From Paraphysomonas bandaiensis (Eukaryota > Protista > Chrysophyceae), in NCBI GenBank assembly GCA_965644295.1, contig CBFFRP010000012.1, forward strand, positions 50,296-114,295: a DNA stretch of 64,000 bases, given 5' to 3'. The notes beneath the pieces were generated by a model, which saw nothing but the letters and a program-made list of their open reading frames with translations, searched no databases and had not been told where the DNA came from. How positions within the stretch are numbered: the stretch's first letter is position 1; each line of letters starts with the position of its first letter. Below, in pieces: positions 38,301 to 53,137 of the stretch. A program made the translations under genes and the position numbers.

Positions 38301-41300
38301 ACTGAAAAATTGAATCACTATGCCTAGAAAATGATCCGCAACACATGATACAGGAATGAGTATCAGAGCCACCAGTAAAGATACTGTAAGTATCGCATGT
38401 TCACTGTGAGAAGAATCCCGTGGTACGCATTCGTTTCTAGAGAAACTCCACGAACATAGGTTATCATAAGGTGAGTACGTTGAATCTCGGCGTTCACATA
38501 TAGATGGGTTACTGTAGCCACCACATGATCTTCTCGCTGAAACCCAGACGTCGTACAACAGAGAAATAAAAAATAGTGCCGATAAGTGGCGATACAGAAG
38601 TGCTAGTCTTCGAAAAAGCCTGACATGCTGATACTGCTTACCAACCTGATCACTAACCAGAACTGAAAACCAACGGTGTCTTCGTTGCAACTCAAGCAGA
38701 AATCGTGAATGGAGTGGCTTGTTGTGATACACAACAGGAAATATATTTTCTGCGGTCACAGAACCCTCCCCTAGAGCATTTGCAGTAGCATTACACTTTT
38801 CAGCTGACGACTTCTGGCGCATACACTGTTCCAACGGAGAAACTGAATCACGATCTGTTAATGGTCGCATTTTTTTCCATGATTCACTCGCCTTATGATG
38901 ATCCAGATACTCGTATCCAAACGGAATAACTCCAAAACAAATCAAAACAAAACCCACAGTGATTGCAATGGTCCACGAATTCATGCTTCCATCACCAATA
39001 TCACTTCTGGCAGGAGATACCCATGATACTTGTACTTGGGATTTTGATTGAACAACCGTGACCCCAATTGACACTGAGAAAATACTACTTGGAGAAATTG
39101 TATCCACAACGGAGCAAGAACAACTTGTCATGCCTGGTGTAGTTGAATGTGCATTTAATGCAGTAGTGCAGTCCGCAGCATTGAAGATATCACCAGTTAT
39201 TAAGCCGCACACAGTTTTCATCACAGTTGATGGACACAACACATTCCATACGCCTAGAGACGAATTACACATCACCGTTACAGACACGGATTGCGGGCAC
39301 ATGAGTTGTACAGGGACATCAATATCTGACTTACGACAATAATGTGTCACACGATGGTGTGACGCATTTTTTACACGCACAACATGGGGAATTGTAGCAC
39401 TATATACACCACTGAAACTTACAAAGGACCCATTCCTATCATACTTGGATGCCACAAATGTGATGACGTTGGATATTAATGAGTTTCCCCACTTTAACTC
39501 CTTATACAATTCTAAACCAGTTAATACTGCACAGTGTTCAATAGCACTTTGTTTCTCATACTCATGGGGATTAAGAGTGGCAACATTGCTCAAAATATAT
39601 GGTGTGTCATTTGGTATATGAATAACAGTCTGATTATCTAAGACGGATACTTGACCTACCAGCTGAAATACACGGCCTACGTATTCCACAGGCAACTGAT
39701 TCTCAACCATACCAGTCATGTACTTCGTACATACATTATGTACTATAGTACTAATATTCATAATGACTTGCAGTCGCTGGTGGGGAAGTACTTCTTCTAA
39801 ATCAGAATAAGCTGCCCACTGGAAAACACTATCCACAATTTCCATTACCTGATGAAAAGAACCTTCACTCCAAGAATCTGAAAAGTTTTGTAGAAACAGT
39901 TTAAGAAAAGTGGTGGAACACTCGGCGCTATTGAGAGTTATTAACATTGGACGGGACACTATATTTTTCATCGCAGAAATCATAGACACCACATCATACA
40001 ATGTCCAAGCATCTTCACTGTGCAAAGAATTTCGCAATGCGCAACCCAGTTGCTCTAATCCTACGCGTCTTGTTGATATACCTTCCAATGTTTCGCTACA
40101 CGTTTCTCCAAAATATCCTTCTCCACACTTACAGACAGCCACACATGAATTGTCAAAAGAAAAACATTCCGATGCTATCTCCCATGAAGCAGTTTGTCGA
40201 AAAATACACACACCGTTCCCACTGCAGTGTGAAGGGCATTGTTTTTTGGGGGGTTCACAGATACCCAAACGACTACAATTCGAAAAATTCCCGCAGTCTT
40301 CGTCGGTGGAACAGCTAGACATGTCAGATGAATCAAACACCGGAACGCAAGGTTGGTTGGAATATGATTCTCCGAGAAGAACTTCGCTGGTTGAGGTGAC
40401 ACACGGACCACATGTATTTTCCAGCACAGAACACTCTTCTCTGAGGAGCGCACTACAATTTGGAGAGGCCGTGCAATTCGCCGCCGACAGTGACACAGAG
40501 AGTGAAGAAATTAATCCAATGTCACTTATATGCATATTGTTTATGATTTCAGAAGAAACAGCGATTAAGTCATCAAAACTATGAGGTGTGACTGTGACAG
40601 TAGTGAAAAGGAGACTTGCAGCATCAAATATATCGATAGATCTGACTCCTGCGACTGTCCTATGCGCCACGGCAGTTGATTCACGGGGCAAACGTGCACT
40701 CACATAAGTGCTGGGTGATACAGAATTCACACCAAGAAAAGACCCTCTGGAAAATATACCAAACTGATATGTTAAGGGGAGGTCACTATCGATCCAGAAT
40801 GATGTTGAAAACAGGAAGCTATCTGTCAATTCATCTCCAACGTGGGGTGTGATGACAATCGAGCCAGCACTTGGTGGGTTATTGACTTTTATCTCCATCG
40901 ACACGAAGTTATCGCTCTTATTGCACGAGGAAAGTGGTTGGTCGGAAAAAAATAGAGTGAAGATATAAGAACCACTCCCACCGACGAGATACATACTGCG
41001 AAGCACTAAGTTGGTGGATACAGGAACATTAAGTGGAAGTTGATATCGAGGCACAGTCAAGGTAATATCGCTCAAAGCATGTGTATCATCACCGTCCCAC
41101 ATCGCATACTTATAGCTCGCAGTTGTCACCGTCTCTAAAGCAAAGCTTCCGCTGTAAGGTTGAAACAGCAGTGTCGGACTTCGTAGAACCACATTATGAA
41201 TATCCTTATCATCCGTTACATGTATAACCATTTCTGCATCATCTTTTCTGAGCCGAGTTGAGTCCATAGCCGTCATGGTAACCACGAACGTTGTGCCCAC

Positions 41301-44300
41301 AGTAGCATTGTTCGTGTCCACAATTGCCATTCCTGCAGAAGAGAGGACTGAAAACATACTTCCACAACCGGGGTTGGGAAAATCTCCAGGGTCATAGCGC
41401 ACACATCTCCAATCGTATATCAGACAACTAGGAGAAGTTGCACAATTCGGATTGTCATCATCATAGCTACCGGAGCCATCAATTATAAGTCTACTTCTGG
41501 CTGGTAGGCTCCGCTCGGAACCGCCGGACAGAACAGCTTCGACAAATGACTGTTGTACATTAACGATGCATGAATAAAAATTAGACCCGAGAGAGATATT
41601 GAAGAGGCTATTAACTTCCAAACGAATCTCATATACTCTGTGAGTCTCTAACACCCATCCCGGAAGGTAAAATTTGCGTGGTAAAGAAGAGTGTGACACA
41701 ATTGAAGTATCAGGATAATCACTATCATCTACATACACACTCCATGTGAAGGATGGCATAAACCTCTCTTCGAAGTCAACGACGCTTGGATAAAGACAAT
41801 TATCGATGGCCAGTCGTGCCCAGAGGGTGAGGGGTTTATTGGTGGTCATATACCGATATGGTGGTCCAACAACACTGACACCCACGGTACAAGTAGGATC
41901 TACACGCACTGCTGCTTCGCGAGTAGAGCACACCCCAAGGAAATTGCACAGAGTAACAGTAATGGTGTATATCCGCCCTGAAGTTAGTGTATTCTCTGGA
42001 AGGGGAGTTGGTGGAGAAACTTCATACGTCGATGCATAAAAGTTATTCACATACGTGATGTCCTCAGTGGTATCAGAAGACTGAAGTGATATCGTAACCG
42101 TGGACCACGATCGCCCTCCAGACCCTGTGGAAGCGGTCAGGTCTAAAACAAACGGCATACATTTATTGATCACTACTGGAGCAGATACCGATATAACAGG
42201 AGGAACCAAAAGCTCAGCATCAACTGTCGTGATATTCAGTGTTACTTTAGCAGCAGCAGGGTAGTTTTCGCAATGTGCTCTGGTGCACTTTGGAAATATA
42301 ACACCTTCACGAAGAACTGCCTTATCGCCAGGTACTACCACAGAGTTCGAATCCAATACTATAGCTAACGCAACATCTGATTTAAAAAAACATGACTCGT
42401 GCCCACCGGGTATATATACCACCTCATTACAAGCAAATGATGTCGATCCTTTGGATGCCTTATTAGTCCGTTTGTCAAATGTAAGCACTATTTCTACGCC
42501 ATCACCACTAAACCGTGCAGATGATAATATGGGTACCGGTGGTACTGAAGATGGAGATATCGCTGATACTGTGCTTTCAACTTCATACAACGCAGTGTAC
42601 TCCTCTCTAGATGGGCCGTCAAGGGAGATATTAAACCCATATGATCCTGATGATAGTGCAGCAAAATATACAGTCGTTTCAAGTGAAAAGTCACCCTTAT
42701 AGGACGGTGCATACGTAATTTCTGGAGGATAGAGCAGGTAATCAGTCACCTGAAGTGTTCTGAATGCATTCACATAACTCGTATCTACAGGGAATACAGA
42801 TATCTGGATAGTCATATTACTCGTCGGTTGAGAATCAAGAGTAACCGTCATCACGGGCACAGGGGTTGAACTCTGAGAATTGATTACTGATGAAATAATA
42901 CCCACATATAGTGACCGACAGCAAGGCATCGTTACTTGTCTTTTAGTAGCCACAATGTTTTCTTGTCGCATTTGCAAGCCGTCGCTACTAAAAGAAACAC
43001 AATAAATGTTATATGTAGTGCCGGGAGACAATGACTGGACAAGCATATTTGCCGTGTAATTTCTTATCACACTATATACACCACGCTGTCGTATGAGACG
43101 GGCATAAGCATCCACAGATAGACCTAATGCCGCGCAGTACATATACCCATCTGGACTTGAAAGAACAACCGAGACGTGAATTGAAGATAATGAGGGAAAT
43201 GTTAACTGTAGATCGAGTATAGCAGGTGCGTAATCGTGTTGTATTTGCAAAGACGGTTGGTTGGTATCAGCAGATGGAATTGCAGTAGTTCTACATGTTG
43301 GGAAAAGTGATGGAATACCTTCTGGAAATACAGTGGAATATATTGAGGGCATGCAACTTGGAAAACTACTGGGCACAGAGCTTGGAATTATAGTTGGCTT
43401 AGAAGTAGGGTCGGAGGAGGGAATATAACTAGGAACAGCTGTTGGCAACTCTGATGGTATTTCAGACGGAGACGACGTCGGTAGCACAGACGGCACACAT
43501 GATGGCATACAACTTGGAAAACTACTGGGCACAGAGCTTGGAATTATAGTTGGCTTAGAAGTAGGGTCGGAGGAGGGAATATAACTAGGAACAGTTGATG
43601 GCAACTCTGATGGTATTTCAGACGGAGACGACGTCGGTAGCACAGACGGCACACATGATGGCATACAACTTGGAAAACTACTGGGCACAGAGCTTGGAAT
43701 TATAGTTGGCTTAGAAGTAGGGTCGGAGGAGGGAGTATAACTAGGAACAGCTGTTGGCAACTCTGATGGTATTTCAGACGGAGACGACGTCGGTAGCACA
43801 GACGGCACACATGATGGCATACAACTTGGAAAACTACTGGGCACAGAGCTTGGAATTATAGTTGGCTTAGAAGTAGGGTCGGAGGAGGGAGTATAACTAG
43901 GAACAGCTGTTGGCAACTCTGATGGTATTTCAGACGGAGACGACGTCGGTAGCACAGACGGCACACATGATGGCATACAACTTGGAAAACTACTGGGCAC
44001 AGAGCTTGGAATTATAGTTGGCTTAGAAGTAGGGTCGGAGGAGGGAGTATAACTAGGAACAGCTGTTGGCAACTCTGATGGTATTTCAGACGGAGACGAC
44101 GTCGGTAGCACAGACGGCACACATGATGGCATACAACTTGGAAAACTACTGGGCACAGAGCTTGGAATTATAGTTGGCTTAGAAGTAGGGTCGGAGGAGG
44201 GAGTATAACTAGGAACAGTTGTTGGCAACTCTGATGGTATTTCAGACGGAGACGACGTCGGTAGCACAGATGGCCCACAAGACGGACTAGTACTTGGTGA

Positions 44301-44546
44301 ATTAGTAGGTAGTCCTGACGGAAACTCTGTCGGCAGCAAGCTTGGCCACTCTGATGGGGATCCACTAGGACAACATGTAGGTGTTGATGTGGGGTCGCTA
44401 GTTGACATGACAGGAAAATCATCTCCTTGCTGTGGGAAGTCGTCGTAGTATACGTAGTCATCATCACCTTGCTGTTGAGCCGAAACCCATTTAACCCTTG
44501 AACATCGCATAACAAATAGAAGCCGCAGAATTACAAGGACAGACAT
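35385..44546 (-). CDS. Giant polycystin-1/REJ-like membrane protein with a PT-repeat stalk and EGF-like domains (about 3000 aa, 2 exons)
   Basis: Signal-like N-terminus, P(S/T)xx repeats, REJ-type motifs (IDGSGSYDDD, NNPPSAGS...DSDLPLTYQF), Cys-rich/EGF region (CSGNGVC...CKCGEGYFGETC), multiple C-terminal TM segments. A 48-bp GT-AG intron (35865-35912) joins ORF 35385..35870 in frame. Confidence 0.8.
43345..44275 (-). repeat. Coding tandem repeat, 6 x 156 bp (52 aa)
   Basis: gacgacgtcggtagcac recurs at 43471, 43627, 43783, 43939, 44095 and 44251. Confidence 0.95.
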
Positions 44547-45207
44547 CAAAAATCAGAGTAAATGTTCGGAACGTTAAGCAAGAACCGAAGCCTGTTATCT
44601 GTCGAACACTTCAGGAATATATCACATAAAACTGTAAAATATCGAATGATTAGTTATCTAAGTTCAATATTCCACAATCCGTCCACAGTGAACCTCGACG
44701 CAATAAATCTCGAGCACGCGTGATAGTCATCTGCCTTGTATTGATTGTCGCATATTCCAGTTCCAGTTTGTGCCGCAGAGTTTGAACACAGCAGTAGCAA
44801 TTCCTACCGCGATATACCGTTGATATACGGTGGTACAATGGGGAGGGATTTTTGGTTCTGGAAAAGTGTAAAATGGAAACCGAAAACAAGACTTTTCGTA
44901 CGGGGAAGTCGAGGGGCACACCACCAAAACTGAAAAACCGTTTTCAACAGGCCTAGTCTTATGTTCATACCGCACGTACTGCTGTGTACGCTGGTAGAGT
45001 TAAATTAGATGTGGTGTAGTGGTAAACGTAATCTCCTTATAACGAGGGAGTCTGGCGTCATGATCAGTCTATTGCTCACATCATATTACAAGACTATGAA
45101 TTGTGATGTAGTTTTGAGAAGCGTGGAAATCGTACTAACACTTTACGTGTAATTTACAAAACTATAAATATTTCTTTGATTTTTATCTACCCCAGCCGCT
45201 ATTTGGT

Positions 45208-48200
45208 ATGTCGACGAAACGCAAGGCGCCGAACATGAATTCACACCAACTCGGTGTAATGGGTGTATCGCAGATGAATATGCCCGTGAGATCGCAGTCT
45301 ATGATTGGTATGCAAGACGATATTGACATAGAGAGAGGGTGGTGGATTGCGTTCATTGGAGGAAATGGCTATATTGATTTTAGTCTCGTTAAGAAGCATT
45401 TAATATCGATGAAATATAATTCACCTATTGGGGCGTATTGGGATATACTTCAAGTAATTTTGTCATTGCTTGCTTGTGCAATATATGTCGCAGAGAGTTA
45501 TCGCGACTCGTACCGATCACTCCAGATCTACACGATAATAGAGAATATCATAACACAATTTTTTCTCATGGATTTCCTGGTCAGCTGGTTTGTTGCTGGC
45601 TCTAATATTGCTTTTTTCAAATCCCCTATGGCGTGGATCGATATGGTGACTATAATTCCAGTGTATATAACATACATTCGACAGGCGCCGAGTATATCCT
45701 GGCTAAGATTTGCAAGAATTCTCCGCCTGATAAGAATATTGAGAACTTTTCGCCTACTTGGTGGCTTCAGCGGTGTGAAACGACAAATCATTACCCTTGT
45801 GCTTGCCTTGTTGAGCTTGACATTCCTTGCTGCTGGAATAATCAACTTGACTGAAAATGACGTCAACGAGTTAAGTTATGACTGCCAGTACATAAGTGAG
45901 AAGACAAACTATGAACCCTCTTGTGACCCGGACTTCTCGTCTTTCAATGACCCAACCTGCGACTGCCGAGAGAACAATTGTTATGCCCTCCACGATGTAC
46001 AGGACACGCAATACAAGCCTTCCAAAATTCGCTGTCGGTCATTAGCATTTTTTGAAAGCCTCTACTTTGTGGTAGTGACGATATCAGTTGTAGGATATGG
46101 CGACTTTATGCCAACTAATGATGCTTCTAGAGTGGCGACTGTGGTGCTTATTGTAACCACCCTTATAGTAATCCCTATGCAAATTAATAAACTCCAGACT
46201 CTCCTTGCCATGAATTCGCCTTTCAGGACAACATACGAAGCCCGTCCTCACGAGAACCATCTGATTATTTGTGGACATGTGAACGATAAGTCGAAGCTCT
46301 CGCGCGTGTTTCGTGAGTTCTTTCATCCTGATAGGTACGCAGCAAATACTCCGGAGTTTCACCTGGTCATCTTGAGTCCCACAGAGCCAACAGACGAGGT
46401 GAAAGACCTAATTCATTCTCCTCTGTTCGACAGTCGTGTCTCGTATATCATTGGCTCTGCACTGAATATGGAAGACCTTCAAAAGGCCCGAGCAGACATA
46501 GCCTCAGGTATGCTCTTCTTGAGCAACGAGGAGGTTGATGAGGAGGACGCTCTGTTAGATGACGCTGCCACTGTGTTACGAACGCTTTCTGTGAACAACT
46601 TCAATTCCAGACTGGAATGTCTTGTACAAGTTTTGCGGTCCCAGGACCGAGATTTACTGAAAGACAGTGATGCAGATTTAGTTCTGTGCTTGGATGAATA
46701 TAAAACTACATTGCAGTGTAGAAATGCGATCTGTCCAGGCTTGGCAACTCTTGTAGAGAATATTTTTCACAGCTTCTCTTCTACGAGTGGTAAGTATGGG
46801 GCCCAAAAAGTTGGTGATAACTGGATTTCCGAATATACGTATGGTGTTGGTATGGAGCTTTATTACGTTCCCATAGATGATGGGTTCTTTTCTATGATGG
46901 GATATTCCTGGGCGCTTTTAGTTGAGGCGATATATCTGGAGTTTGAGTGTACATTTGTTGGAGTGCTCTGTCCTGAAGATCATAGCTTTTTCTACAACCC
47001 AAGGCAGTATGAGAGGAAGAAATTTCGCACTCCACGGGCGTTTTTTGAGAAGTATAATGTTGGAATTCTACTTGCTCCGAACAACGCCGTCGCAAGTGCT
47101 ATTGGCTACGCTATGACTGACACAGTACTTATGGATCGAATGCTCACCAACATGGTGACAGCAGAAGGTCATTTTGCAGTGAGAAGACATTCCACATGCA
47201 CCCCACATGGCTCGAATCGGACATCATTTTTCAGTAATCATTTGAAAGGTATATTATTCTTAGGAAAAGCCCAGGGCTTAATTGATAATGATTTTGCTGC
47301 CGTTCGAAAGCGTGACACTGTGATTAGCCAGACTGAGAACAATACTGTCTCTGGATTCGATACCGATTCTTCCGAAGAAAACGATGATGACTTTATTGGT
47401 TATGTTGATCATGATCACGAGAATGAGCGGTCATCTCGTCGGCGAAAGGCAGTAGCTATCGCCTTCCCCAGTAAAGACTCTTCGAAAGCTGACGCCTCTC
47501 GGAAATATGATGTGTCAAAGAAATTTTCTGACTGGGAGGCAGATTCACACACTAGTTCTCCTATCAGTCCTATGGCATCTGACTGCGTTTCTCCGGACAG
47601 GGGACATTCACCTATAGATCAAAACACAACCGAATGCGATCTTGATGCAGCAGCTGATGCTATTGTTAAGGTCAACAATGAGACCCTTGAACTATTAGAT
47701 GATGGCAACTCTCCCCAATTAAGGGATATGCGAGATTTGAATGTGTCGAAGAAAGCAATACTGCAAATGAAGTCCTCTACCGGGAAGATGACTAATATGA
47801 AGAGCATGAAAAATATGATGATTAAGAAAAACAAACTGAAATCCCTGAAGCAGGCCGCATCGTTGGTTCGCACTGTGAACGCTCAGAAAGCACAGAGTGG
47901 AGGAAGTCATGGCAATGCCAAGACGAAGTTTGCCTCCCTTGCACGCAGAGCGGCCCTCCAGAACTCTGGTACTGCTTTCGATGCGGCTGTCGTAGCGGCG
48001 GCGACGAAGCCCGCCAGTATCGTGGCAGCCCTACAACAAACTCGTATAAACTCCATGTCGCGACGAAAAGGGAAAAGAAATATAAAAGATGTTGCTATGA
48101 TGGCAAGAATGGTAGGATCCAAAGGCGAGGCTGGTATCAGTCCTTCTCCAACAAGAGGAACTACAACACCTGTAGAGGTAGTAGCCACTGAGGATGCTTC

Positions 48201-50248
48201 TCAAGTAGATCTGGCACAAAATCCCAGCATTGCTTGTCTAGTATCGAAGTTTCAGGCGAAAAAGGAAGAAAAAAGGAAGCTACGACGAGTGCTGTCCACT
48301 CGCACGAGTAGCATTCACGAGGATGACAAATCTTCAGATGACATCAAGAAATCTTGCAGCAGGAGAGCCTTTGGACGAAGTGAATCTGGAGCTGGGGAGC
48401 TTATTCAGAGTACAGCAGCACAGTCGTCACTTCCGACTCCATCACAAGGCATCATGAGTCGAAGACGAAGGGGATCTGTTGACGCGGCGCTTCCTAATAT
48501 TGGGACAGATGATACTTTTAAGGAAGGAAGCCTGCAGAAGTTTGGACAACAGTCGGAAGAGATTGATGATGCGGCTAATCTCAAAGGCCATGTCATTGTA
48601 TTCGGCTGTATGGACCATATATTATTATTTGTCAGTGAGTTGAGAAAGCAGCTAGTGGTCGACGAAGCTTACCACCAAATCCTTATCGTGAATCCTGGAG
48701 AGCCGAGGAAATGGCGTCAGATTCAGAGTCGATACGATGACGTCTTTTTCTTGGATAGCAACGTATCCTCGAATCAAGAGTTGACACTGATGAATGTGCG
48801 GGCTGCATATGCCCTCGTTTTGCTAGCTTCAAGAGAGCGAATTAATGTGGATGAAACCTCTAATGTTGATTCAGATGCCATATTTATGTACCTTAAAATG
48901 GAAAGGTTTGTTCCTCGTGACGTTTTTTTTACGGTGGAGCTCGCTTGCCCTAATAACATGGGTGTGCTAAATTCTGCGATAGTAAGGAGAAGTAGACTTG
49001 AGCGCGATGCTAATAGTCGAGGTCCTATATGGGGAGATGGTGGGACTGGCCTCGCCTCATGTCTGAAAGGTAACCACAAGTTTCGAAACAGCATTGACGT
49101 GGACGTTTTATTGGGCCATATGAAGACTGAAGTAGCTTATGACAATCACAATGCGAATATTCAGGCAACCAGTGGAAAGTTTAGTAGGCGTAGACAGGGC
49201 ACTGCAGTCCAGCGAAACTCGCCAGACGTACCTTTTGACCCGACCGGCCGGAAGCTGAAGATATCCTCAGTGCCCACGTATACTCCTGCAGTGACAAGCA
49301 CGAAAAAGAAAGAGCAAAAAAAGGTGAGATATATCCCACCTCTGCGATTATTGGTTCTCAATATGGTATATTATAAGATCCAAACTGGGAACTACTGGGA
49401 TGTGGACGACTCACATCATGTACTTCCCGTCTTTGCTGCAGGAAGGGCGATTGTGCCATCGTCGTTCGATACGATGTTGTGTCAGGTACTGAGTTTTGGT
49501 AATGTTGATGAATATTTGCTAACTATTATTGTAATATCGCAGAGCTTTTTTGGGGTTTTGACTCCCCAACTTTGCGAGAAACTAGTTTGTGGTCAAGAAA
49601 TGCAAATGTTGTTCCACATTGCTGTACCTAATACATTTTTTGGAAGAAAATATGGTGACCTCTTTCGGTCATTGAACTCTAGATCTGTAAGTGTATGCTG
49701 CCCCGAATGTGTGGTGTGTAGTTTGACTTGTCTCGCAGCTCCTACCCCTTGCACTGTACAGGACCCCTTTACCACGGAATGATGCCATACTTCCTTATGT
49801 TTTTACCAATCCACCCATCGACACAATTGTAAATGGTGATGATCGCATACTTGTGTTCGGTAATCCAGAGACCGTCCAAAATGCAATCAAACAACTGGAA
49901 CTTCCTTTGGTGAGACGGAACGGTAAAATGTCGCTCGGCGAAGAGACCACTTTTGATGTGAGATCTTTGAGAAAGAGTTCCATTACATCACCGTCGAGTG
50001 CATACACTCCGCTCGGAGCCAGAAAGAGATCGACTGAGGGTTCGACAAGGTTGACTGCAGAGCCGGCCCAGCCGTCGCCCTCGCCCAAACCACGAGAAGG
50101 TAGTAGCTATGTTCCTCTTGGCGCTGCTCGTGTTCATCCTACCAATCCTTGGACAGCGGCTGTTCCAAGCGTTCTAAAAAAAAAATCGAAGGTGGCTGGT
50201 ACTATGGATTTCCCTCAACCGTCCTCCTTTAGAGATGATATTACATAA
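45208..50248 (+). CDS. BK/Slo-like voltage- and Ca2+-gated K+ channel with two RCK domains (3 short introns near the 3' end)
   Basis: S4 LRFARILRLIRILR, pore SVVGYGD, RCK1 HLIICG, RCK2 GHVIVFG, PVFAAG. Splicing at about 49324, 49486 and 49687 gives LALYR...YVFTNPP and joins the 49853..50248 ORF. Confidence 0.9.
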
Positions 50249-50519
50249 AAATTGGACCTCTATAGCCAATTATTGATTGCTTTATATATATGTCTTGTAG
50301 CTACAATATAATACGGATGAGTTGAAAACTATATCGTCTGTCCCAGTGAGATCTGTCGAGATTCCTAGGTATTAAAAATGCACTGTGCAATGGATATGAT
50401 TTCATAAGTATCCATCGTTTGTACAGGTGCATCGCCTGTGTGTGGTTGTATATTTTGTTGTCTCTATGTGAATTTAATAATACACCCTACTCTGTGTACA
50501 AATGTGGCGTACTGAGGTT

Positions 50520-50660
50520 AATATAGTTATATTTCTTAACCACGGGTAATAATAAGGAGGCCAGCGCTCAAAATGAGGACGAAAAGCCCGAGTTTTGAAA
50601 TATTGACAAGGGACGATACTCCTTGTTCCTATATAAAATTGAAGCTTATCCTCATGATAA
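50520..50660 (-). mobile_element. Family B element, right end
   Basis: Reverse-complement match to about 25015-25161. Confidence 0.65.
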
Positions 50661-50870
50661 GGGCCAGTCAACAATATATTGGATTGCTATTATTTATTTT
50701 TGCCTACTACAATAGTTGAACTGCAAGGTATTGACTTGGTGAATCGTAAATAATGATTAGAGATTGCAGATGTAACATGTCGATACATTGTACTAAGCGT
50801 GTGGATATGCATGCATGTGATGTGATTTCAAGATGCGTGCGCATGCAATAAGGAACTACGGAAGTGAAGT

Positions 50871-52440
50871 TTATACTTCAACTCTCCCCGTTAAACTAAG
50901 TACGTTCTGAATGATATGGAAATGCGTATCTATACTTAATACACAATAATGTTTAGACCGCTTGTGGAACACTGGGTTAACCGATAGATTAATAGCAGAT
51001 GTGTTGTCTACTTTGATTTCCAGGGTATCTGGTTGGATGGGTTTTGCAGGTGGGCGCGGGAAAGTCAACTCTGCACAGACTATGTTATGTGAAATACCTT
51101 CCTTAGATGTATCACCCATAGAATAATACTCAGAATCCATTGTTGACAGGGCTAGAGATTGTTGGAGTTTGGAAAACCATGCAATACAAGCACCAGCTAG
51201 AAGAAATTCAGCGCCGGACTGAGAACGTCGAGTATCTACATCATAATTTGCCCAATTTGCGTCAGAAAAGGCTTGGAGCGCAGGTGAATTGTTGGATTGA
51301 CGCCTGTAAGTCAGCTGAAGATCCGCCGAACCTTTCAAGTATTTCAATATCTGTACCACAGCATTCCAGTGTTCCCTGCCGGGGTTAGACAGAAAACGTG
51401 CACAACATCCAACGGCAAAAGCAATATCAGGACGAGTGCACACCATAACATACATTAATTTGCCGACAACTGTGCGGTAAGGGATATTCTCCATATAGAT
51501 TTCCTCCTCGTCCGTGCATGGAGACATCGAGGCAGATAATTTAACATGGTTGGCCATAGATAGGCACTGGGGATGTTGAGGTGATCGGGTGGATCAGATC
51601 CACATATTCGATTAAGTCCTTGATGTATTGACACTGAGAAAGTTGGACTGTGTGTCGGTCCTTCGATGTGTGAATTATTCGGATCCCAAGAAACCACTCG
51701 AGGGGACCTAAATTGTTAGTACGAAATTTTTGGTATTATAACACACAAAATTTATTCAATAGGCTAATGCTACATGCAGCAATGGCAATATCATCAACAT
51801 ATATATACGCATATAATTACGAATCCATCATCAGATTGGTGATAAAATACACACGTATCTGAGGTACATTGTGTAAATGATACTGATAATAAGAATGCAG
51901 TCATCATATATATATATTATGAAATAGTCGACTAGCGTGTTTAAGACCATAGAGTGACTTTAGCAGTTTTTATAACACTTGCCTCGTGAGAGTCTGCTGC
52001 CTGGTGGTGCTGACATGTAGCAATCATAGTCAATGTCAGACTGTGGAAAAGCCTTTGGCACATCCAAATGGTGAACATATAGTCCATAACGATGCGTAAT
52101 GTCGAATGTCGAACTACAGGGGAAAATGTCTCATCATAATCGACACCATGGATTTGAGTGTATCCCTTGACTACGAGTCTTGCTCGATAACGCACTATGT
52201 TGCCATCTTTGTCAGTTTTCTTCTTGAAAACCCCCACTTTGATCGCATTAAGTTTGCATCAGAAGGAATATCAACTACTTTCCATGTTCCCTGTGCCTGG
52301 AGTCCAGCCAGTTAACTCCTCTTGCATAGCTTCCTCCCATTTAGCATTATCTGCACTCCGTTGGGCAGCAGCACATGATAGAGGAGCATCTAATACAGCA
52401 AAGACATTATAACTGTTGTCATTAACAGGAGCTGAATGAA
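50871..52440 (-). mobile_element. Decayed Ty1/copia RT-RNase H fragment (second family, no LTRs seen)
   Basis: [37 protein letters not shown]...TRPDIAFAVG, FSDANWA, NPVFHKRSKH; frameshifts and stops between these. Confidence 0.9.
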
Positions 52441-53137
52441 CCATAATCGTGGGCTCGTATTGCTGTAGTCACTAGAGCTAGATGGAACAATAGTCGCTCG
52501 ACTGAAGTGAACCCAATACACATATAGGCGGTCAATTTTTAGATAAGGCTATAACAGTGCTATAGTTGTAGGTATGTATGCGCTGAATATTGCCAATATG
52601 TTAAAATTATTTTTTACATTTGTCACATATTGAATGTTGAAGTTGAAGTTTTTAACGGTAAATTCAAAGTTTTAATATCAAAAGTAGATCACTTTTGTGA
52701 TGTATCATTTCAATGAATAATAACTTTAAAAGCATAAGATAAAGAATGAAAACTTTGTTTCAACAGTTTTACGCAGTATATATGTATCTAGTGTATTCAT
52801 GATACGTATACAATGTCATCACTGCACATTTAATACATAATATACAATTATCTAAATTCATATTATATATATTTGCTACAGTAATCATAACTACTACTCA
52901 CCAACAAGAAAAGTATTTTGTTCCTCAACTATATACAAATTAATTATGTTGTTATTGTTAGGATATTAAGATTATGGGACAGAGTATGTATCCGACTATT
53001 GGAGAGAAAGATGATTTCAAAGCCGCAATTTTTGTTCGGTATAGTGGAAGCAACAACAGAAGATTTTTTGAGACCTCGTGGCTAATTTACAGCTGCAACT
53101 TTCTGTGCAAGAGATCGAACAAGTTTATTACAACGCT

